Source: Catajapyx aquilonaris
Lineage: Eukaryota
Assembly (NCBI GenBank): GCA_000934665.2
Contig: KZ538834.1
Coordinates: 1-45,213 of the forward strand
DNA: 45,213 nt
Reading direction: 5' to 3'
Position 1 is the first letter of the stretch; every line of letters starts with the position of its first letter. Under the pieces are notes generated by a model. That model saw only the letters and a program-made list of their open reading frames with translations. It searched no databases and had not been told where the DNA came from. The translations under genes and the position numbers were made by a program. Of the stretch, positions 14,326 through 28,318 are shown piece after piece.

Positions 14326-17300
14326 ACAATATAATGAATGACTCGGAGGAACGAATGGTACGGAGAACGTGCAGGCTCGATCAGCTGACTAGGTCTGCTG
14401 GTGGTGTCGGCGCACAACGGACCCTCTTTCCATCCCCAGCTCTACCACCCACCTCTCCCCACCACTGACGTTCGGTCGATTCCGACATACTTCGAGTGGG
14501 CTCGGGAAGCTGACTGGTGCAGTACACACCCTACACTTTCACTTACTGTCCCTTTCACTTGGAGTCAACATGCGATTACGCGTTCTTTATCGGAGTAAGA
14601 AACTATTGGGATATCCGGAATGTAAAGCCAAATTTCAATCCGCTCTTTTTGCCGCCGGGTAGTGGCGTCACCAGTACTACACCCATTCCCATAGTACAGG
14701 GTAACACGCAAATTCTCAGAACGCAATATAATCCTTCTCCTTTAGCGCTCCTTATCATCCGAATAATAACGCGTCTTTTCATGAAAGGAGCCGAAAACGC
14801 ATTACTTCCGTCACATTACTCCTCCAGACATGCCGGCACGCCGGCGACAAGTCTTACGCGCAATAAATTACGGGGTGCGGGACCCACTCAAAAACTACGT
14901 GACTTTGCCCCCCCAAAAAAACTGGGTTGAAAAGGATATGAACGAAATTAGGAGCGGAACCTCGATGATTACTTTCATTTCCTACCAGCCAGCAAACTTC
15001 TCTCATCACCTGATAGAATTTAATAGTCATGTAGAGAGAGAGAGAGGCTGGAACTTAACGATCTAGTTTGCAGTCGGTTTAATGAATGAGTTATTAGCGT
15101 CGAGACTAGAAGCTCACCTGTGTCCACTAATTAGTGCAAGGCTGAATCGCGAGGTTATTGCAATATGTCGTGGTAGAGAGTACTATTCTTGGAATTACTG
15201 CGAGGGTATTTTGGGAGCCCGGAAATCAAACGGGGGAATGATTTGCATGCATTTTGGTGAAGAGTTGGTGACCTCGTGACCGGTCAGAGTGAAAGTTGGG
15301 AACGTGATGAATGATGCATAAAAGTGCACGTAGCAGGCAGGATGGAGGCTTTCTAGAGCTGTGTAGTCAAGGTGAATGAACTGGGCCTAATTTGGATTCC
15401 CTAGGTGAATCCTCACGTGTGCGGTACAGGGTGTGGCATAATGAGCAGGTTGAGAAATTAAAATTGTCTGAGAAATTTTTATTTGAAATGACAAGTTAAA
15501 ATTGCTAAAAATTTGTGTTCAATTTCTGGCACAGTGTGTAGCTTCCACCTTTATAGCAATGATAACATAGTAGCCGCGAGCTATTTTGCTCGAGGTTTTA
15601 CGCCCATCCTTTCGTTTTCAGGGTCCTTGATGACCTACTAAAATTGCTGCCTGAGTTGGCTCGTGCTTCTTAGGGCCTCATCACTTATCGTCCGGGACCA
15701 AGCAGAAGCATGCAAGGGGATAAAAGAAGGTGGCCTGTCATATCAGATAATCCCAGACTGCCACTTGATGGAGAGAGCTGTGTATATACGTGAGCAACAA
15801 AACCTGGTCTGTTGGGCAGTGAGAGATGAGAAGTGAGAACCAGTATAATTGCTCATTGCGTCATTACTTCAAGTGTGATCCAGTCGTCATTCGGTATATA
15901 TGGTCATGAAAACATTCTTTTAGTCACTCCCTTTGTAATACCAGTAATAATTGATGATCGGAGCGACCTTTAAGTATACAAAATATGCTGTGTGAATGGG
16001 CATTATTTACTTGCGAGTTATCAGATGCGGAATCCACGATACAGAGATATGACCAGATTGATGCGGTAAGAATAAGCAAATATTGATCTACCAGTATAGT
16101 ACTGTACTAAAATGTACTAAGCACCATAAACCACGTAATCCATGCAACATTTTCGGCTATGCACGAATTTACGAAACACCTCGTTAATGACAGCACGCTT
16201 TTAAAGTGCATGCCAAATTACCGACTGCATTACGTATCACGAGCGCTTTAATTGCAATATTTCACGGATCTTGTAATCCCACACTCGTAATCACTAATGC
16301 AGGCAAACTCGACCAAATTTATTCATAGCTTTGCTAAGTATATCAGCTAACTTCATTACACGAAACGCTGCAGGAAGTAATTCCCACGACTGATTCGCTT
16401 TCCATCCTGCCGGTAGCAACTCTTACTTAGAAGGTAGCAGATTATCACACTGTATTACATCACTGATGGCCCCAATGGTGCCATTTGTACTTTCAAAAAA
16501 TCAAGAGTCGTATATGCCTACAGGGACGCTGCAACCTGTCCCCAGGATTGAGCCTGAATGGACACCAAAATCACGTTCTTATCTACCTCCCCCGATAGCG
16601 CCAGCACATTTTGTACCCTGAAAAAGCCCTGAAACCCTGGTCTGATACGCATCCGCAGATTGAACGAGGTGCGTCCGACTCGACTGCGTGTGAATTTAAT
16701 TTGGGATCTCTCTAAGCCCGAGTAGGGAGAGATAAAGCTGTAGGCAGACCGAACGCGAATAGGCGAATGCAAACGAGCCATTTCTCTAGATGTGCTTTCC
16801 AGTGGGTGTCATTTTTCTCATTTTCTTTTTTCCTCCTTTTTTGTGTGTCTAAAGGCTGGTACTTTGAGATTAGTTCTGCAGAGAACGTCCGACTATGGAG
16901 ACGTGATCTGATTCCTTATGGGGATGATCAACAGACTTGTAATGGCAGGGTTAAATTCAGGGTACAGCGCAATGTGAGTTGAGGAAAATATTCAGCCATG
17001 GCTTCATTCTGTTCGTGTTGTGTTTCGCTAGATATCGATAGATAGGATTAGTCGCTGGATTTGATTTGCACTGTATTCCAACCACTGATTACCAGGTTAA
17101 TAGCATGTAATTCGTGTTCCATTCGCATTGACACCATTGATTGCTATTAAGTCTGTCAGGCATTAATCAACCTGAGTTTAATGAAACTCCTGACAACGAG
17201 TTGCTACGCACCAGTTGGCACAACACAGGCGCACTTTGAGAAACTCCAGAGACATTCCCGATATCGCCCCAAGTTCTTCAGATATATTTTTTTTCGTCCA

Positions 17301-18085
17301 GCTGCAGCCTAATGGGAATCTAAATCATTTGCGAAAAACAACGACCTTGTTTGTGTTTACTGCCATCGCACATTGCGCGAATGACTATCATTTCTCGCCG
17401 TACTATTGACACGTGCGTCAAAATATTCATGCCCAGTATACGTCATCGCATTAAATATTCCCTTACTTCAGTCAAGAGGATCATTTTTCCCCATCTCTCT
17501 GCTCTTCTTTTGTGATGATGCTTCCCTACCCCCCCTCGAGCTTTCCCACTTTTGGACCATCCCAACCTCAGAGGTCCTCCAAATGCCATCCGAATATGTC
17601 CCCACACCCCCCTTCTCTTTTATGCATATATTTTTTGCACCACTCTTCTGGCTGGAGTTGGTGTCTGCAGAGTTTGTTTTTAGGCCGCCGTTTGGATGAT
17701 TAACTCCGGAACAGGCAGACACAATTGGAAAAGCCGTATTTTTAAACCAACGGAAACATCCTTGATGCACGTGAAGTCATTTTGTTAATCCACGTGTATG
17801 TAATTCAAGATGGCGTTGCGTTCAGACGCGTTTGGAACGCGTCGAGTGGCTTTGTCCACTTTCCAGCTTGGATATTGTCGAAACCGCATGACTAGATTGC
17901 GCCGCTAATTGCGTCGCCAAACAATAAGTTCCAGAAGAAAATTCTCATTCCTGGAATCCTCCGTGGCAAGGAATCCGATGCATGCAACGGCTAGTGTTGT
18001 GCTGTAACACCCTCCAATTCCTGCTCATAGGGTTGGAATTACATGGCACACTCCATGAAACAAAAGTGTTCAGGGCTTCAGACAT

Positions 18086-18440
18086 ATTGTACGGTTGACA
18101 AATGGTCGCACCGGTTGACAGTCGCCAAAATTAAAACAGTGAAAATTCCATTACTAAAATTTTCGTCGGCTGAAAAGACCTCAGTCTTTTCCACCCCTCA
18201 ATAATAAGTCCCCAAAGAAGCCTTGAGGTTTCATTATGGATGTAAATGAGTCGCCAAACTTCAAAATCGATGTAACAAGCCAGGCTTGAAATAAGGCCAG
18301 GCTGAAATATGGAGTCCTCGACAACATCTTCATTTGACGAAAGGCAAAACTTTTTTTTTCACGTTTCAGTGCAGGGACTGCTAACTTTCTAATAACGAGT
18401 GAAGTTTGCCAGACTTTGCTGTAATGGTCAACCGTACAAT
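18086..18440. mobile_element. Putative MITE (~355 bp)
   Basis: ATTGTACGGTTGAC (18086-18099) and perfect reverse complement GTCAACCGTACAAT (18427-18440); CGGTTGACA repeated subterminally at 18112; GTCGCCAAA occurs twice internally. Confidence 0.45.
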
Positions 18441-21400
18441 GTTCAGCACTTAGAAGCCTGCATATCTGGCGATTCTGCCCCAGTTAGGAAGTAGATAGTA
18501 TTTTTTTTAAAGGACGATTTTTGATTCCACTTCCAGCTTTTTATTTGGACAGATCTCCACTCTGTGCGTTGGACAAATATTTGACACCGTTCCCATATGT
18601 CAATATTGTATCGCCTGCTTTCTAGATATACTCAGCAGTGCTCGGAGACAAATTGAAAATTTAAGCCCGTACAAATACATCCGACCAACTTTCATTCGAC
18701 ATTATGATGCATATGAAGCATTTAAATGCCACGTGTTGATAAACAATTGTAGTGTACTTTCTCTGTTGCATGTTTCCAAGCAAGACCTACCGCAATGCAG
18801 CCCCGGAGGAAGATACAGCATCCGATCCTGAAATTTCGATCCTGGCGTAACCTCGTTAACCAAGAGTGAACTAGTTGCAGTGGGTGGGGTATGTTCCACC
18901 CATCTCCCAAAAAAAGATGAAGAGCTGCGCAGTCGAGGGAGGCTGACTGTTGCTTGGGAATGGAAAATCTATTGCCCAAAATTGGGTCAGGCCAAATCGA
19001 CGTTTTTATTTTGTATAACAACACCCCGGGAGGATTCGAATAGCCAACGGGGGGTGGTTGTCAACTTGTTGGTACCAAAAATCTCCCGGAGTGAACATGA
19101 CAATAGCCCTAGGTTGTACTACGTGTATGTCATGCTTTACAGAGTTCAAACGAGCTTGTTATGCAATTGAGCAATAATCTCAAGGGCATCTATTTTTTAA
19201 TGCGGATATGAACTGATCGAGTAAAAATGGAAGCGACGTGCTTGATTCCATTTCAGAAGATTATATGGGGATGAGAGGTGGCAAATATGATGGGGGGCGT
19301 AGCTGATATTAATCCCTGTGGCTACAGAGGAGGAGGTGACCCACATTCGCCCCTGCTCCTAGTATTGAACCATCGACTCAGCTGGCGAAGAAGCCATGTT
19401 GCCACTTCCCAACCTGCGTCCCTCACTATTACCTTGGACATGGACGTAGTTTTTCTGCAAAGTGAGTCATTTTGGTTGGGGTTACGAGGGATGGCCCCCC
19501 ATTTTTGACGGACTTTTATGGTCGTCATCTCCGGAAAAACTGGGCTTATTTACGGCTGGAACTGCACTGCGACGTTGCTTGGGCCGCACAATCACCTGCT
19601 AATAATAGGCCTATTAAAAGTAAATTGTTGCGGCTTATACGTTCCGGTTGTGGTTTTCACGCAGGTTGACTTGTGCAATAACATACTATTTATTTATATC
19701 ACGCCATTGGGAGATAACAAAAGCATAACAATACAGACATGTTCATGAATATGCTAAAATTGGCATGCATTTCGACCACGTTTGAAAAGTCAGCGGCAGG
19801 TAATGTGAAGCATTCACGGTGACTGAATATTTCAGAAGCAGCGGGTATTTTAAAATGCATCGCTTCAATTTGCACGGCTCAAAATGAAAGCGATGTTCCA
19901 AGCGATGTTCAGCCCTGAATTAAACAACGTTATGTTTACATTTTGAAGCCCATCTCCCGCAAATCAGCTTTTTCCTCTCATCTCCGTGCAAACCAACAGT
20001 CAGCTTTTTAGACCCCCCCACAAATGCAAGCCTTGAAAATAAACACGACATTTCGCTACTTCCCAATGTCTGGTGACGAAAACGGGCAACCCTGCGGAAT
20101 CTCCTCCAGCTGTGTCTGTTTACAAACAGTCCATCCCCACATACTCCGCTTATCTATCTGGTAAACTGTTACGTAACAGTGGGACCCGGCGTTTTCAAAA
20201 AAATGAGAAAAATAACCTTTAGCGTTGCATTGACCTGAAGGAAGTCTGCAGGTGTGTTTATCGACTGGATTCAGAAATTCTCGATTTTAAAATCATGACT
20301 AAGTGATGCGACGTTGTGCAGTTCCCTGGAGGAATATTATGTCGCGCTAAGTGACAGCCTGGAGTCGTAGGAGCGCCTTCTGGAGATGTCAATAAATCTT
20401 GGTTGTCGAAAAATAATGCTATGGGAGCCGGCGAAAATGGTGTATTTTTTCACCCACGTGTCTGATTTATGTATCGCTGGACCTAATTAAATTTTTCGGT
20501 TGTGTCTCTGTGGTATGATGATCAACTCTGATTATGTTCTTAGCCCGACGAAGCTGGTGGAAATTCCGCAACAGACCTGTACAAGGCAACCATGACGAAG
20601 GTGGACCAGATGAGCTCTGGCCTAAATTCAGTTGGCGGACTCTGCGGTCTCGGCCAATTAGGCCTCTTGGAAAATACATTTAGCTCGTTATGAACCAGAA
20701 TTAACATCGTTAACGGTTAATTAAAGGTTCGTTCAAGAGACAGTGCAAGTGCGCATGCAAATTAAGTCCGCCATCGCATATGCGGTGCAACATGGCGGAA
20801 ACATTATGATAAGGAGGTGTCATCAGGCATATGAATGCAAATCTTCTCCACAGGGTATTATTTCATATGTATTTTACTACATTATGTGCACACACTTTTA
20901 AAAAATCGTCAAAACACATGGTGCCCGATAACACCTCTCATAACAGTTCACACTTTATACACGTATATCTTGCAAATAAAAAATATTGGCAGATTTTCGA
21001 TGCAACGTAATATCTTTGCACAATATGAGTCCACGTGCAGGCTAATACTGTACAGGTGTGTTATCTCGGTTTCTTTGACTCGTGCAACACAACACCTGGC
21101 AAAGCATCAAGCGTGCTGCAAAGTCAAGCTTGGCCTGAGAGAACGTGTAGACGGTTTCTTCAGAAAGGGTTCCCTTGTGACACTTTCTCCTCCACCACCC
21201 CCGCGTCTCCTTTTGTATTTTCTTTTATTTTGGTTGTTGTTAACTTTTTTCGGTGCTGGAAGCGTAAATCCCCTGGTGGCTTGACGAACCGGCCGCCATG
21301 GGCACAGTTTGCAGAAATTACTTTTTAGCCCACCCACCGAAAAGGAAGCTGCTGATATGGGCAAAAAAGGAGCTGTCCATTAATCACGCATAAATTAAAT

Positions 21401-23441
21401 TTAAACCGGGGACAGAAATGAAGCAAATCCATTTTTTTCCTCCTTTTTTATTTATAGTCGCAACCGCCTATAGGGCCGCTGAAAAAGGTCTCATAATTTC
21501 ATCAACAAGCTTTTGCACTCAAAGCCTCTAATAAAATTATAGTGCGAGATTAATAAATTGATCATATATGGTAGACTATACAAAAATATGTCTGCTGATG
21601 GTTATTTCTATATATTTTTTTCATTTATTAGGCTACAATATTTTTGTGCATTTATTATTTCCTGTAATTTTTATTTTCTTTGTTGTAGGCCTATAGGGTA
21701 TTGTTTATATTTAATTAATTAAATTATTTCCCCCAAAAAGACCCCTGGTCTGAGAACGGGGTACAAAATGAATTTAATTCATTAATTAAATTATTACATA
21801 TTTTTACATATTACCTTCATAAATATATATGCCAAATTTTATGCGTGGAATTATTACAACGCTGCTCTCTCGTTGAAACTACTCTCATACGAATTGGTCA
21901 TGAAGTGTAAGCAATTTTGTATATTTTCAAAATAATCCAGAGTTTGTACACAATCCGGATCAGTCATGTTCTAACTGACGACAAAAGGAGGCTGGGAAAA
22001 TATTTGTCTCCAAAAATTCCTAAGAGCCCATAAAGTCGCGACAGATAAGAGTTAAAGACGCTGTAAGTGCTCTAATTAAATTAAAACTTGAGAACGAGGT
22101 ACTGCGACTGTTTCTAATGAGTTACATCGACTTCTGGTTTTCAAGGCAAAATTATTTTTTTTATTGCTCGACACCAGTCCACAACACGTTCACAGATGGC
22201 GAGATTAACCTAGATCCTAAGCCTTGAAGTTCCGCTGCTTCGAGCCAGATGGCAGAAAAGAGTAAACTCACTCTGCGCAAGCAAAGAGAGCCACCTTTTA
22301 TCTCTCTTCATTACTACTCTTATCGATCAAAATAAAAAACGTCAAACTGACCCAGTGCGAATTTTGGAAAGTGTGTCATGTTAATAATTGCCATTTTCAG
22401 GAGGTGATAAAATAGGTTGGAAAATTTTTAAGATTATAATAATCCGCCTAATTTGGGATTCACTATTCTCCGCTTCCTTAATTACCATCCTTAAAGACAT
22501 GAGAATCTTGACCCAGGGGGGAAGAATTTCAATTCCAAGTCTCTGCTCTCGTGGAATAATAAGGTTGGGGATTAAAATATAAAAATGCAAAAAAGGCCAC
22601 ATTCATGCGGCTCAGCTGAAGACCTTCCCAGAAAAACTCGAATTTTGTATTTAAAAACTGACACAAGGTCATATTGGCAGAGATAAATCTATATTGTTCA
22701 AGGCTGCAGCAGCATCTCCTCGTCCTTGCCAGATACATCTCCATATTTAGCTTCAGATCGTAAATATTGCTGTCACACAATTCATGTCTCCAAAAGTCAT
22801 CAGCGCGACCATTTTTCAACCCGGATTCTATATATAAGAACAGACGCTCAAACTGATGGCAGACATCGGACGAAACCCTGAAATGCTGCTGATGATTTGT
22901 GATCGTATTTGCATAACAATGTCACATGAATTCATGGTTGTTTCCAATCCGCAATGGCACGATTTGCAGGTGGACTAATTATCGCCGATTACATGGGTCA
23001 CTTGCGGGGTATATGAGACAAAATGCGCTAATTTTCTTTAGTTATCTGCACAATTGCTAACGAGCGTATGAATCTTATTGAAGTGCGGGGGGGCTAATCG
23101 GCCCCTATTTCCAGGAGGAAATGACGCAAAGAGCGTCCAACGGAACGGAAATGGCGATAATAACGACCGTCGAGGCTCTTTATCTTCCATCCTTTGATCG
23201 CAGATAATTGACAAGAGTTCAAGGTTAGGCTTCTAACGAATATTGCAGGGTTTTTTTTCATCTATGGCATATACGTCGCGCTTCCCTATATATATTCACT
23301 CCGGAGATCAAAGGGTGCGTGTTAAGTGAGGTCCATAATGCACCACAATCACATTACAGGCACGTAATTGGATGCCGCAGATTTCTAGTATAATATAGCC
23401 TTAAGGTTATAAAGAAAAAAAATTAATTAAGCATTTCTTAC

Positions 23442-23489
23442 CTTTGATGATTTTTGACCAGGTCGAGATCCTGCAGACAGGCGCCTTTT
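23442..23489 (-). other. Candidate 48-nt frame-preserving internal exon
   Basis: Minus strand: tttttcatttgcag|AAAAGGCGCC...CATCAAAG|gtaaga; open in all three frames (e.g. KRRLSAGSRPGQKSSK or KGACLQDLDLVKNHQ). Confidence 0.35.
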
Positions 23490-25461
23490 CTGCAAATGAA
23501 AAATTGGCATTTCTTTTTAACATGTCAAAATACAATTATTCTCTAATATACATTAGAAAGCATTTCCACCGTAATTTACATCCATGTCCATTTCCATGCA
23601 GTTTTTACTGAATTTATGTATTTTTTGTCTGACACTAATCACTTTCGTGACAATGTTTTTTTGGAAATATTGCAAGACTTCGTGTGCTTCTGAGGATTAA
23701 AATATTAAATAATATTGTACCTTATGAACCTTTACTAATCAAAATGGAAGTTTCGTCATCTCCTGTATACTACGCAGCAAAGTTGGCCAATAAAACCACA
23801 GGAAGCTGTTACTGCCGGTTACGTTTGAACATAATGCAAGAAGGCAGCCAGTGGTCCTTGAGCAATATTGTCCCATCGAGTTATTTCACCACCCACCCTT
23901 CGATCAACCTTGTTGAATTTACGACCGGGTTGTCAACCACTGATATTACCTCTCACAACACACCCTGCAGCAGGAAACATATGCCGCTTACTTCTTCTCC
24001 CCTCCTCCGTGAGATGAAACTCAAACAACGTCTATGGAAACCATATCTGAACACACTTTCTGACGCAAACCCTGCCTTTTTTTCCCCCTCTTCTTGTCGA
24101 GTGCAACTTCATCACCTTGAAGCTATACCCTTTTTTTATTAGCTCTTGCAACAGATTTGTTCTTCCCAGCAAATGAAGTACAGGGTTGGCATCCAAGCTT
24201 CCAAGTTTCATGACCCCGTTAATACCCGGATAAAGCCACAATGTCAAGTTATGACCTGAGCTGCCTGAACCCAAGTCGAATAGAGAAGTCTGCAAACACC
24301 GGCAGTATCTGGCATCTGAAATGAAATCTTCGTGCTTCAGAATCCGTTCTGATGAAGACTCAGTGATATTTGACACCTGACGTCAGGGCAAATCATATAG
24401 GTTTCCTTCCCATTTCTGGCATGATGTCCTGATGGTCCAAAGAAGAATCAGCTCGAGACTTGGCAAACTCCAAGCTAATTTGCATACTAAGCCCGAAAGC
24501 TACCCAGGAGGCTTGACTGTGGTTGTTGTTAAGTTACTAATCTCCTTCCCTGATGAGAGAGGCGAATCAGGTCCCCTCCCTACCCACTAATCCCAGATTC
24601 TGCGGCCAAGTCTGCTCGACCTCTGACTCGAACCACGTTCAGGATGCGCTCCGCCAACCCCCCCTCATCTTAAACCTCCCTTGCCAACGGTTTGCGGCCA
24701 ATCAGTTTGATTGATTGCCCGAGAAATCCATCATCCAATATCACGAAAGTTGGGAGGCGCGAGCTCGCTAGATTTGCGGGACAAAAGGTGTCTGAAATTG
24801 GCAAAAAAAGAGGGGGGTGATACCTTTCATTATCACTGTTGGTTGCCTATAAATCAGGATAGCCGCTAGTGTCTGTATCGAACGATCCCAACACCTGTGC
24901 ACAAAGCTAATTGCCGCAAAGCCCAATCCAAACAAGCCTCTTTTTCAGCCATCCAACATGATTGGTCCCCAGCGTTAATTTCCGCCCTAATAAATTCGGT
25001 CCCTATTTGCGTACGCTCTGCATACAACGTTTTCAAGGAAACAGATAAGACCGAGCCGCATCCTGCTAAAAAAACTATTTCGCGATAGTGGACTGGAGGG
25101 TCAACAACCATTGTCCGAATTTTTGTGCCAATATCTGTCTTCCCTGATATCTTGATTTTCTTGGGAACGGTCTGAGTTGGGGCCACCTTGAGTGTGAATC
25201 AAGCACCATATTGATCCGGTTGCTTCCATATAAACGCCACATTGGGTTTCCCTCTGTCGAAATTGGCCCGCACTCATTACATCGGAGCCAATACAGAGAC
25301 GACGCCAGGGGTTAATTAACAGGCGGGGCCACGATGGAACGCTGCGGTTTAAGGCCCTTTCTCACCCAGAACATTCTTGTCAATCACACTATAAGACTAA
25401 CACCTGGGCATTTATTAATTTTGTTATTAATTATAAGCAGCAGCAAGTTGCAGAATGTAAC

Positions 25462-26124
25462 TTACGCTTGAGGTGTGGCCAATGGGCTGGTTTCGGGAGT
25501 GTTGTTCTTGGTCTTCACAAACCGGATGGCCCGAACTGAGTCGGACAAAGAGCGCCAGTGACCTTTGGCCTTCCGGCCATATTGGTCCTTGGTGCGTTCA
25601 GTTTTGCTCAAAGGACTCTGAGGCGCCGTTTTTGGTCTGCCTTTGCTCTCGGAGCCCATCATGAAGTGAACTCTGAGTGTGGCCACTTTCCCCTTCTGAC
25701 CTTTCAACCCCATTAGGCCGTCTGACCCCCTCCTGACCTCGGTCTTGTAAGGTGAATCAGGCAGACTGTTTGGAGACGGCGAGGGTGGTGGTGTGTAGAA
25801 CCTGGATGTTGGGGTCACACTCCGTGCCCTAGGTCGTAACATGACCCGGTCTTTCCAGGGGAAGAACTGCTTGTTGGACCCTTTAGACGACGGGGTCGAT
25901 GGCGTCTCTGGAGGCGTCCCATCGTCAGTGTTGGACGACATGAGACGTAACAGACGACGTCGGACCGACAACGGAGATGACGTACCGCTGCTGGGTTCCC
26001 AACTGCTTCTTCCCGAACTGCTGCATGTAGGCGATGTCGGTGCATTGTCTTCCTTCAGAACCAGCGCTGGTGGACGAGGCCTGCTTCGATGCTGATGGCC
26101 CTCTTCGCCTTCGGTGTTCACCAT
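25462..26124 (-). CDS. Ser/Pro/Arg-rich, probably disordered 220-aa ORF (first coding exon or single-exon gene) with a C-terminal calmodulin-binding-like motif
   Basis: Longest ORF outside the IRs; GC-rich; ATG at 26124 in GCAATGG context with an in-frame upstream stop; ends at CAAGC|GTAAGT, where a donor overlaps the TAA stop; AATAAA on minus strand at 25416-25411; motif WRSLSDSVRAIRFV. Confidence 0.6.
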   Translation of the reverse strand: MVNTEGEEGHQHRSRPRPPALVLKEDNAPTSPTCSSSGRSSWEPSSGTSSPLSVRRRLLRLMSSNTDDGTPPETPSTPSSKGSNKQFFPWKDRVMLRPRARSVTPTSRFYTPPPSPSPNSLPDSPYKTEVRRGSDGLMGLKGQKGKVATLRVHFMMGSESKGRPKTAPQSPLSKTERTKDQYGRKAKGHWRSLSDSVRAIRFVKTKNNTPETSPLATPQA

Positions 26125-28265
26125 TGCGATCACCTTCTTCAACTGGCACTACACTGGGGCCTTTTTAATCGGCGCGCATGACACGTGAGCTGTTCAGGAG
26201 AAGAGTCAACATGCTCCTGTTGAGCGGCCACGCTAAAGTCTGGCTGGCTGGCACACACCACACTCACATCCGTGCTGCCTATCGCACAATGCTTCCTTTC
26301 CTCATGACGGAAGGACACGGAGGAAGTTCTGGACAACTTGTGGTCAACCCCTTTCGATATGTAATTGATGCTGTTGCTTAACTGATTTCCCCCCCCCCCC
26401 CTTCATTTAAGTGTGCTTCCTTAATTAATATGCATGACCTCTCGTTATCTGGCTCTTAGGAAAAGAGGGCACATCTTCCTGATGCGCACTCGGGCCTAAT
26501 TAACCAAATGATTACACGGATTGAATTCAAGGGCGAGTAAACCGCATGTAATGACATCGCCACTACCTTGAAAACAAATAGGTCGTGAGATCACCTTGTG
26601 CCACGAGGCTGGTGTCTATTTCGAAGACGGCCATTAGGAACGGCGTAATAAATTTAATCACATGTCGACCATGCTTATTAGAGAGTTTGCCAACACAAGA
26701 GTCGATGTGTGGCTCAGTATGTGACGCAAAATAGAATTTTTCATTTGAAACTTCCATGAGATGATAAAGCAGGAAATTGGTTCCTGCTCTAAGGGCGTCC
26801 AATAAAATATCGTGTTTCAAAACTTCATTTGGGAGTCAATAGTATGCGCATGTAATTAGCGGCCTTCATACCCTACATGTTATACCGACAGGGAGGGAAA
26901 TATGTGGTCACGGTTACTAAACCATGGCAAGTTTCCGTTTCCTTTTATACCGAGAAGTACGGAAGTGTACAAGCTAACGAGAGGAATTGTACTGGCAATA
27001 TGCATAAGTATGACTTTGATATGACCTCTATTCGTCTTGTCATTTAAACATTTGTCCTTCACGTACGTATTAACTCTGGCAACATAAACCTAAACGTACA
27101 CCAAAACTAAACGACAAATTGGACACTACAGGCGCATGCTTATTGTGATTATTTACTAAAGCACTGCTGGCCTAAATACATATTTATGATTGAACAGGAT
27201 GAATCCACTGGATTTCAATTATCCCAGAGACACAGAATATACACAGCATCCAAAACACAACGGAATCAATTCGAAACGCTGCAAATATTGTCGCAAATAT
27301 TTCGATAAACAGCTTTTGTATAATATATGGCCTGCCAACCATTAATGTAACTAAAAACAAAAAAATCATTACATCACACTTCCATGCAGCATGATATCAC
27401 GTATACCAATCCGCGCCCCAGATCACCTTCTTGTGTGAAATAATAACGTGCAGTACCTGCGGACAACAGTTTGATTTATGAAGCCGGTCACTGACATGGC
27501 AGCTGGACAATGGCTCCGATACACTAAGCACCCACCATCATTACGATAGAGAATTCCATATGAAGGAATGATGTTTCGCGTGACGACCAAACCATCCATC
27601 CTAGAAAATTGATCAGGAAAAAAAAACTCCGGACCACGTATGATCCCTCAAATGCGGTCATGTACCGCACAAGCACGAAAGTGCGATTACGTAACAATCC
27701 GATTGATCCATGTTCTATAAATGATCTGAAAAAGTTTCTAATTTTATTCACTATGCATGCAAATATTTGCCCCCATTTATTATACCCCCAATGAAAATAC
27801 GATCCACTCTCTAAGTTGATAAAAAACGAGTATGATTTTTCTGAAAATCTCTTGTCAGCTACACGACTCTGCTTTTTCTCCTACGAGCATGGCCATCACG
27901 CGAACCCCACTTTTGGCGTCAGAGTCACATTGAAATTCTCACAGCAGGGCATACGTACAGCACAAAGACATTGTCATCCAACCCTCCAGGCTTAAAAAGG
28001 AAACTTCGCATGGGAGGTATATCATGATCTTCTTAAGGGCTCACTAGAGAATGGTATTTTTTTACACTCCCTTCCTATTACACCCAGTGCCTATAAAAAG
28101 GAAGGGAAGGGAATGAATATGCGAACAAACATGATTTGTGGCCAAACCCTAACTGCGCAACCTTATAAATTGACCATAAAATATTACAGCTGGCCAATTA
28201 CGTGTTTTGCAACGATTCAAATCTGCACTTTTTCCGCTTGTAAAATTCAACCTGCAGATTATATT

Positions 28266-28318
<53 letters not shown>
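28266..28318. repeat. (GTA)n microsatellite, ~17 units
   Basis: Read directly from the sequence. Confidence 0.98.

Noticed and set aside
5650..17960. STAT-like (TTCCCGGAA near 5703, TTCCTGGAA near 17948) and Su(H)-like (TTCCCACG near 6605 and 16381) sites
   Set aside because: Short motifs expected by chance in 45 kb; no conservation data
23684..25186. 100-150-aa ORFs on both strands (23684-24142, 24032-24376, 24866-25186)
   Set aside because: Non-ATG starts, no recognisable domain and no convincing splice structure
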